From Octopus vulgaris (lineage: Eukaryota): a stretch of 64,000 bases of DNA. The translations under genes were made by a program, and so were the position numbers. Location: positions 152,768,001 to 152,832,000 of the forward strand of contig OX597817.1 of the NCBI GenBank assembly GCA_951406725.2. Reading direction: 5' to 3'. Under the pieces are notes generated by a model that was not told the DNA's origin, searched no databases, and worked only from the letters and a program-made list of their open reading frames with translations. Positions 54,697 through 64,000 of the stretch are shown piece by piece (position 1 is the stretch's first letter; the number at the start of each line of letters is the position of its first letter).

Positions 54697-55269
54697 CATG
54701 ACAGTTGACCGGCTTTCAATCGACGTTTACTTCTGTCATATGAGCACCACAAATTAAATTTTTAAGCTTAACTATCATTAAGCAATTCCGAATATGTGAA
54801 ATTCTTTGTCGGAAAGTATGAAGTGAGCTAAGCCTGGAGAAATGAAAATCAAAAGAAATTGAGAAAAAGAAACAAAAAAAACCCCAGAAAAAACCTCAGA
54901 AATCGTGATAGTCATTGGATTTCATTACGATTAAAAAATTGAACTAGTGAAACATTATAAAGTTATGTGTACATATAACGAACGATAAGTCAAATTACTA
55001 TAAACGTTCTATTTATGTTTTTTACAATATAATCCACACAGGTTTAATATAATCAAAATACCTTACAACTGACAATATTTTGAAATCTCGTTATATATTG
55101 ACAGTTATATGAAATCGGTTAATTAAGTGTATAATATATTATATATAAATATTATTATAATATATATATATATATATTATAATATATGTACGAAATATAA
55201 TATTATATATTATGAATTGACAGGCTACGTAATTAAGTGGAATTGACTCAGTGTATGTGTGTGTGTATC

Positions 55270-55317
<48 letters not shown>

Positions 55318-55327
55318 TGTATGTATG

Positions 55328-55369
<42 letters not shown>

Positions 55370-55426
55370 CTATATATATATATATGCATGTATGTATATA
55401 TATATAAATATATATATATATATGTA

Positions 55427-55461
<35 letters not shown>

Positions 55462-55469
55462 ATATGTAC

Positions 55470-55513
<44 letters not shown>

Positions 55514-55566
55514 ATATAAATATATATATATGTGTGTGTGAGTGTGTATATATGTATGCGTGTATA

Positions 55567-55635
<69 letters not shown>

Positions 55636-56461
55636 ATGCTTGTGTGTGTGTATGCGTGTGTATGTGTGTATGTGTGTGCATGTGTGTATTATGTGTGTGC
55701 ATCTCTACTGCAACCAGTGTGCTGAATCGAATCTCTATCTTACTATTATATCTCCTCTTCTTGCTTCTCATTAAAAGCTTTGCTGCTTTAGTTGTTTTTT
55801 TTTTTGTCTTTCTTATATCAAGCTTACACTATCTATATTTCTATTACTTTCTCTCTCTCATTTTCTCTCTCCCTCCTCCTCTCTCTCCCTCTTCTGTTTC
55901 CGCCATCTATTTTTGTGTAGCAGAAAATTTGATTAATGTGGAACTGCTGCTGATAAAGTTACTATGCGCATCACTTAAAAATTGGCATACTAACAAATTT
56001 TAATTAATTTAAGTGGGAAGTCGAGTTTTGCGCACGCGAGCTCAAATTTCAGTCACGACTAGATTGTAGTCTTTTAGGCTACAATTTTCCAACGTTGATG
56101 TTTTATCTCTAATGTCACGGAGAACGAAATTTACCATATGCACGCATGTTGATCTGGTTAACAAATACGATTCACTGCAATCAGATTGATTCCGTCATAG
56201 CTGTAGAGTGAAAGAGCATTTCCGTATTATCAACGAACCGATGGTTCATTGTCCTTATTATGACCTCAAACGGAATTCACTTTGCATGGAAGGCAACAAA
56301 TGTACCAAAGAGCTTCTATTTGTCAAATAAACTTAAAGCTACCCAAACAGAACCAAACAGGTGAAAATAGCTATTCTTCTTATAGAAGACGAGTGCTAGA
56401 AGATGGAGGCTTTAGAAATGCTTTTTGACAGTATGAAATGAGCTTGAAATATTTCCATACC

Positions 56462-56672
56462 TATTTCTTTACTACCCGCAAGGGGCCAAACACAAAGAGG
56501 ACAAACAAGGACAGACAAACGGATTAAGTCGATTACATCGACACCAGTCGACCCCGAAAGGATGAAAGGCAAAGTCGACCTCGGCGGAATTTGAACTCAG
56601 AACGTAACGGCAGACGAAATACCGCTAAGCATTTCGCCCGGCGTGCGAACGATTCTGTCAGCTCGCCACCTT
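56462..56672 (-). mobile_element. SINE family B monomer
   Basis: 15-bp TSD aaatat(t/g)tccatacc at 56447-56461 and 56673-56687. Confidence 0.9.
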
Positions 56673-57330
56673 AAATATGTCCATACCATCCACACCTCAC
56701 CAAAGCATATAAACGCACACAAATAAGCTCTGAGTTATGCAATTCAATAAGGTTCATTAAAGATATCAATAAAAATGCCATTATATGGATATGACGCTGC
56801 AATTTTTGTTCAGATGAAGCAAAAGAACCGCGATAAAATTATCAAATTCCTGCAAGAACAATGTATCAGCAGTAATAATTCCTGGAGCTCTTTCATGTTT
56901 CTCATTCATGAAGATACTTAAGCATTCAATAACAACTTGTTGTCCATTTGGCAATTGGCCAACGGGTTTATTCCATTCAAGTAACTGCTGAATGCCTATC
57001 ATTAAGACTAAGAGTCACAATACTTATGTTTTTCTTCTAAGCTGTGCCAGTATGGTCTCTTTGCAAAAGCATTGCTGTACTCTCATGTTCCCTCTACATG
57101 GAAAAACAAGCGATAGAAATGAAGAATGCAATGTGACTCTGTTGAAAGTCAAACTGACATAACTTTTGACTGTGCCATTAAAAGAGAGTATACTGTAGAC
57201 GTTAGTAAACATGAATGCTTATTTCTAAAACCCCTCTCCATAAAGTAACAGATTAAAGCTCATTTCAAGATCTTCGAATGGTAAATAGCAAATTTTACTC
57301 CACCTATTGAGAGAGATATTTATATTTGAA

Positions 57331-57726
57331 CTAGCAGTATCGCCCGGCGTTGCTCGGGTTTGTAAAGGAAATAACTATATAAGCATTTTTAGAGAGTTAT
57401 AGCCAAAAAATAGCAAAAAAATGCATTCAAAATGGAAAACAAATGATGGTAATTTTTTTAAAAAATCGTTGACTCATCGTAGACATTTTTAGAGAGTTAT
57501 TTCCCTTATATAATAGCGAAAAAATGCATTAAAATGGAAAAAAATGATGGTAATTTTTTTTTAATCGTAGACTCATCGTAGACGCGCGCTAATACCCAGA
57601 AGGGCTCGATATGAATTACGACTATAAGATACCTGGTTTTGGTTAAACTGCACCGCAAATTGTCGGAGTAGTTAGGAATCTAAATCGTAGGAGACAGACA
57701 CACAACTTCTCTTTTATATATAAAGA
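57331..57726 (-). mobile_element. Non-autonomous Helitron
   Basis: Minus strand 5'-TC(tttatatataaaag)... subterminal hairpin cccgagcaacgccggg ... CTAG-3', inserted between A and T with no TSD; internal duplication of about 100 bp. Confidence 0.85.
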
Positions 57727-58155
57727 TTGTCCATGGCATGCAAAATATTCTGAAGTTCTTTTTACTATGTTGTTAAAACACTGTGAACCATCCAGTCTGA
57801 TTCAGCTTTCGTTCAAGAATGGTGATGACTTTGCCAAAGATTTCAAGCATCAAGCTCAACAGGTATCTCCTGGTATGGAAGTAGAGTTTACAGGCGAAAT
57901 CTGTAATGCAGATTTCATTAATAAGTTCAAAGAAATAACTAAAAAGTTACAAAAATTGTGCCTCTGTCAACCTAGTCACACGGAGGTCAAAAGCCAAGAA
58001 ACTAATACAATGCTTACACTGGAAAGCAAATTTATTTCTTACTTTTCGAGAGATATTTAATAAAGTACTATTAAACCGAAGAAGCCACAATCATTAAGAA
58101 CCGTTAATGGCAATTTAAAGCTTTCCTACTTCCTGATCAACTCTGGGAGTTCTGC

Positions 58156-58187
<32 letters not shown>

Positions 58188-58284
58188 CATACATGCACAC
58201 ACAAACACTCACTTGCACACACATATACATACACATATATGTATGTATAATATGTATGCACATAAATAAAAGCATGTATAATAT

Positions 58285-58354
<70 letters not shown>

Positions 58355-58991
58355 CATACATATATATATATATATATGTATGTATATATATATATATATA
58401 TCGTTTGTATAAAACATAAATCCGGAGAAGAAGCACACTCTAAGATGTAGAGCAGATTATATTTCAATGAGGGAGGCCGGTTTATGGAATTACCGTGGGT
58501 TTCCCATCTATAAAGGCTTTAGCTTTATGGCGTATCGTTAAACCCCAAAACCTGTTGGCCTAAGACCTCTTCAAAATATGGAGGGAGAAAGCCTCGCTAC
58601 GAAGATAAAGAATAGGTGATTATCTCCCTCTGCCATTGGCTATCGACTTCCGGCTGTGCCGCCATCTTGCGGTCTCCAAAACTCTAAGTCAATATACCAT
58701 ATATCTAAATAAGAAGTACACTCTAAAAAATTTAGCAGTAAAGCATTAAATCCCTGAAGTGAAAATCTGGTAATAGAATGTCCAATGATTTCGCATCCAC
58801 GAAAGCCACAGCCTTGTGGGCAGCTCATTATACTCAAAACAAAAAAGAAATATATGTACAAATATATGTGTATGTATTTCTATATATAGATATAAACATT
58901 TATATGTGTATATCTATACATATAAATGTATGCATATGTTTATATATACATATACGTGTGTATACATGCACACTCACGTATATATGTGTGC

Positions 58992-59056
<65 letters not shown>

Positions 59057-59649
59057 TACATATATATAAACAGACACACTTAAAAAAGAAGGAAGCGGGC
59101 TGTGACAAAGTATAGAAAACCGCGTTCGCTACAGACTGTGCTACTCATACATATACTTATGCACACACACACACGCACACACACATATATATATATATAT
59201 ATACACACACACGCATACACACACACGCACGCATACACACGCACATAGACATACACACGCTCACACAGAGTTGAAGCACTATTTGATTTTTTTTCACCTT
59301 TTTGTACCTTTTTTTTTATATATAAAATACTACAATTAGCTGTCATTTTTGACGACACAGAATCAGTTAGTTATTAATTAAACTACAACAAAGAAACATA
59401 TTTTTCCCATGTACAAAAACGGTATCGGTAAATAAATTCAATAATTAAACCTAGAACTAACTCCTAAATTATCTAACTATATAAGAACCTAGTCCTTGAA
59501 GTCCATGCAGATAGTGTTCCCACCAGTCTTCCATAGTTATTAATATAAAAGTGAAAGCTTTTATACTCCATTCTTTCCAAAACAAAACAAACACGATTGA
59601 ACTTAACTAATAATATACTAATTCTAAGTGAATTACGATAAAACGATAA

Positions 59650-59956
59650 CCGTCTCCCTTTTCAAGCTTAGCTAGGCTCTTGGGCCCGTTTTCCCGGTTT
59701 CTGTGGCGTATGTGTTCCCCCCAGCTGGACGAGACGTCAGTCCATCGCAGCGTTACTCAAGAAACAGGAAGAAAGAAAGAGAGAAAGTTGTGGCGAAAGT
59801 GTACAACAGGGGTCGCCACCACCCCCTGCCGGAGCCTCGTGGAGCTTTTAGGTGTTTTCCTTCAATAAGCACACACAACACCCGGTCTGGTAATCGAAAC
59901 CGCGATCCTCCGACCGCGAGCCCACTGCCTTAACCACTGGGCCATTGCACCTCCAC
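59650..59956 (-). mobile_element. SINE family C
   Basis: Reverse-complement homology to 54388-54696. Confidence 0.85.
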
Positions 59957-60545
59957 AAGTGTATTACACTATTTCATAACCCAAAAGTTAATAATTAAAA
60001 CACTCTATATATATTAAATATTCGTTATTCTTACATGCTTTAATGTTAAACTTATATCAGTAACTTAATAGATAATACTAAAATATCCTTATGTATGAGA
60101 TAGATAAACTTAAGCAGTACAAAGGAGATATTAGTCTCTGAGAATATGTAATGAATCAGTATGCAGCCAGTTTATATCAGTAAGAATTACTTCTTAAAGG
60201 AGATACGGAATACTTACCACAGGTTAAACTTTCGAGACATTCAAACGCTTCGGTGGCAATTCAGTGCATTTCCTCGTCTGCTGTTAAGCTAGTCGTTTGA
60301 CCTCACAATATACAGCAGCTGTTGACATCACAAATGTTTGATACAAAATTCGATAAGGAAAGAAAAAGAAAAGAAGTGGTCACTATTGTAAATAATAATT
60401 GTAAACATAACTGAATAACAGTGGAAAGTAACCTGAAAGTGTCCTACTACGGTAATTTAAAATGGAGGGAGGCCAATTCGAAAACCGTGATATTCTAATT
60501 CATATTAATCGGGTGTTTTCAGTATTTTATAACCATCAATTTATT

Positions 60546-61126
60546 CTTTTCTACTCTAGGCATAAAACTCGAAATTTTGGGGCAGGGATCCAGTCGATTA
60601 GATCGATCCCAGTACGCAACTGGTATTTAATTTATCGACCCCGAAAGGATGAAAGGTAAAGTCGACCTCAGCGGGGTTTGAACTCAGAACGTAGCGGCAG
60701 ACGAAATACCTATTTCTTTACTACCCACAAGGGGCCAAACACAGAGAGGACAAACAAGGACAGACAAACGGATTAAGCCGATTACATCGACCCCAGTGCG
60801 TAACTGCTACTTATTTAATTGACCCCGAAAGGATGAAAGGCAAAGTCGACCTCGGCGGAATTTGAACTCCGCTAAGGGAAGACGAAATACCTATTTTTTT
60901 ACTACCCACAAGAGGCTAAACACAGAGAGGGCAAACAAGGACAGACAAACGGATTAAGCCGATTATATCGACCCCAGTGCGTAACTGGTACTTATTTAAT
61001 CGACCCCGAAAGGATGAAAGGCAAAGTCGACCTCGGCGGAATTTGAACTCAGAACGTAACGGCAGACGAAATACGGCTACGCATTTCGCCCAGCGTGCTA
61101 ACGATTCTGCCAGCTCGCCGCCTTAC
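60546..61126 (-). mobile_element. SINE family B trimer
   Basis: Three units; 15-bp TSD aaccat(c/t)aatttatt at 60531-60545 and 61127-61141. Confidence 0.92.
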
Positions 61127-61179
61127 AACCATTAATTTATTGCCACGAGTTTCTAAACGAGTGAGTACTGTTAGTACAA

Positions 61180-61840
61180 GTGGCGCAAGTGCTAAGGAAA
61201 ATTATGAGAGTTATAGGATTGGAAGAACAATTAGCAATAATTAGCAAGCATGAAAGTGAAACTAGTAAAGCTAAAACAGGCCGAGACTACATTAACGATA
61301 AATCAACGGAGCGTAATATCATCCAGAACACGGAGCTTCAAGGAACGAGGTGAAAGTGCAGCTTCATTATCGAATTTTCAAACAAAATACAAAAGCACTG
61401 GGATGATTGGAATGGAACGTCTTTTGTCCATTTGGATCGAAGATTGCAACCGAAAGCACATTCCTTTTACTCAGATGACCATAAAACCGACAGCTGTTCA
61501 TTTGTTTGCTATAGTCTAAAGAAAATGACCAAAACAAAAAGAAATTGCTTGAGGGGAAACTAATAAATCATTTTTTTTTTTTGTTTTTGAAATCCTGGAT
61601 GGTTCAACGGGTTCAGAAAACGATCTGAAATCCATAATGTTTGGGTTGTAGGGTTAAAGTTAAAGAGCAGACGATAGTGAATTTACCAATTATCGTGCTG
61701 AATTGAAAACAAAAATATCGAAGATGGTGGTTATGTTGATCAAGAAATTGCGTTGTCGAAGCTAATGTGTAAAACAACTTGGCAAAGAAGGAAGAACCGT
61801 TGCCTGATTTCAAAGTGGCAACTAATCATTTAACAGTTTC
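61180..61840 (+). pseudogene. Tigger/pogo-like transposase relic (CENP-B-type HTH)
   Basis: MERLLSIWIEDCNRKHIP, GWFNGFRKR and EDGGY remnants. Confidence 0.75.
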
Positions 61841-61920
61841 AGTTTCAATAAATAAACATATATTCTGCAACATGTATTGAGCACTCCTCTCTCTCATCAG
61901 TGTTCGACATAAAGCAACGT

Positions 61921-61959
<39 letters not shown>

Positions 61960-62020
61960 CACATACGTGGTTATTTCACTGGAAACTACTGCTGTCCTGG
62001 CTGCTTACGGAGCAAGAGAG

Positions 62021-62107
<87 letters not shown>

Positions 62108-62225
62108 TTACTACGTGATAAGAGAAAGATTGAATATTCTCGTTAAGGGAAGAGAACCTATTCCAGAAATTGTAGACATTTTGAGCTCGTCAGTACAACA
62201 TAACTCGATATACATATATATAAAA

Positions 62226-62378
62226 TACAAAATGGGACAAGAACGCAAAACATCCAGACAGTTAAGTGATACAAAAAAAAGGGACAACAAAACATCCAGA
62301 TAGAGGATACAAAGAAAGCAAGGACGGGTCACTCCGAGTTTTCTTTCTTCAGTCGAGTTCCAGATTATCTTTGCAATT
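62226..62378 (-). repeat. Copy of the 9210-9359 repeat
   Basis: acaaaatgggacaagaacg...aacatccagatag...aggacgggtca. Confidence 0.8.
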
Positions 62379-62558
62379 TATATATATATATTGATGTCGA
62401 TATATACGTTGTTGCATAGAACTGGTCATAATGTGCTTTTTATTGTGTTAGCTTTTGAATGATGCTACCCATTTGGCTAAGGATGGAACGGAATGGCAGT
62501 CTGTCACTGGGTTACCCGGTGACGACTGACTAGTCTGGGGGAACGTAAGATAAAGTGT

Positions 62559-62642
<84 letters not shown>

Positions 62643-62997
62643 CAGAAATACTAAATTTCTAAATCTCTCGTAGAGACATGTACGGTGGTGGGGCGATAGA
62701 ATGGTTGTATACTGTCAATCTAACACGAACGTGAAAGTAGGGGGGGGGGTCACCACCGCTGTTTAGCCCTATGAAGCATCGACGCCTCCTGATGGCTTTG
62801 ACACATTTTTCCTGTGTCCTTATATACATTTACGAAGGGGAGACAAATACCCCCAGCCGCCCGGGCTGCATCTAGGGACACGTGTTTCAGGACGATTGTT
62901 CTTCGAGGAGGCGTCGATGCTTCCTAGGGCTAAACAGCGGTGGTGAACCCCCCTACTGTCACGTTCGTGTTAGATTGACAGTATACAACCATTCTAT
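62643..62997. mobile_element. Fold-back element without a hammerhead, related to 18179
   Basis: Arms at 62696-62790 and 62906-62997; extension at 62643-62695; (TA)n on both sides. Confidence 0.75.
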
Positions 62998-63704
62998 ATA
63001 TATATATATATATATATATGTATTTATATATACATACATACACACATACACACACATGTGTGTGTGTGTGTGACTTTGCATTTATGCTTGTCCCTTTTCT
63101 GCTTGACAATAATGTTAATACGTTTAAATCCCCGTGACATCAATGATTTCAAAGGAGACAGATACAATAAGTACGAAGCTTAAAATAATGCAATGAGTCT
63201 GGATTCGTTCGATCAACTCTCCAAAGCGGCACTCCAGCATGACCGCACTCCAATGTCAAAGAGAAGGAAAAGAATATGTCTAATCTTCAGCATATCTTTA
63301 GTTCTCTGAAGAGATTAAAACGAATCTTCGTTTTTTTTTTCTCTCTGTACAAAACAATTGCATTCAGCCTGGTGGGAAGTCCAACATATTTAGTCAAGCG
63401 TGGAGGCATATTAACAAAAAACAACAACAAAAAACAAACAAAAAAATTCCATATAATTTAATGTCTTGTATTTTTAGAAGCTCTTTAGTTCTTGAATGGT
63501 TTCAGTTGTGAATTCTGATTGTACTTCTTTTTTTTATTCCTTATTTGTAAATATTTCTGCATACGTATGTGTGTGTCAGCTGTAAGCGTGTATGCGCGTA
63601 TGCCTCTATTGGATCTAAATTATTAGCTAGTCTTTGTTACTATTTAGCACAACCGATGATTAAAAGGGTTTCACTTATAGCCATCCACTTTATATTTAAA
63701 ATTT

Positions 63705-64000
63705 ATACATCTTCACAAAGAAGATCGTCTCTTTGCAACAGCTCAGCTACTGGGGAAGGTTGAAACAGCTAAGACTCTACTCCTTGGAGAGAAGACGGGA
63801 GAGGTATGCAGTAAGATATGTCTGGAAGATCCTGGAAGGAATTGTGCCAAATTTTGGTTTTGTAAGCTACACCAATGCTAGAACGGGACGACACTGCATA
63901 GTGCCAAAGATCCCAGCAATGCCATCACGCTTCAGGACCAGCTTCTGCAACAGCCTGGTTTTCAAGGGCCCACAGCTTTTTAATATTCTCCCAAAGAGTC
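63705..64000 (+). pseudogene. CR1/L2-like LINE ORF2 C-terminus (runs off the window)
   Basis: LSYWGRLKQLRLYSLERRRERYAVRYVWKILEG...GPQLFNILP. Confidence 0.85.

Noticed and set aside
56781-58060. Short ORFs around the Helitron as host exons
   Set aside because: No recognisable domain or splice-consistent structure; possibly an old TE relic, unresolved without a search.
60546-61126. Tandem 180-bp units as a CRISPR array or hammerhead retrozyme
   Set aside because: No unique spacers or cas genes; no hammerhead core found on either strand; tRNA A/B boxes and TSDs indicate a SINE.

Overview
AT-rich eukaryotic DNA, most likely intronic or intergenic, with no supportable host exon. The mix of tRNA-derived SINEs and very dense (TA)n/(TATG)n/(TATC)n microsatellites suggests a cephalopod such as Octopus (inference). 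Nearly all listed ORFs are microsatellite translations. The real content is transposon-derived: at least four SINE families, Tc1/mariner/maT/Tigger relics, Helitron pieces, and RTE and CR1-like LINE fragments. The most striking feature is a set of about ten fold-back (inverted-repeat) elements, mostly abutting (TA)n tracts. The largest (11623-13875) is a 2.2-kb palindromic Penelope-like element (PLE) with RT-thumb and GIY-YIG remnants. Read by eye, several of these elements carry minimal type-I hammerhead ribozyme folds with family-specific core variants: canonical C3:G8, compensatory G3:C8 and U3:A8 swaps, U4C, and A13C. Two other fold-backs share a different co-varying stem-loop motif instead of a hammerhead. 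One SINE family has inserted as TSD-bounded multimers. All alignments and folds were done by eye; no database search or folding program was run.
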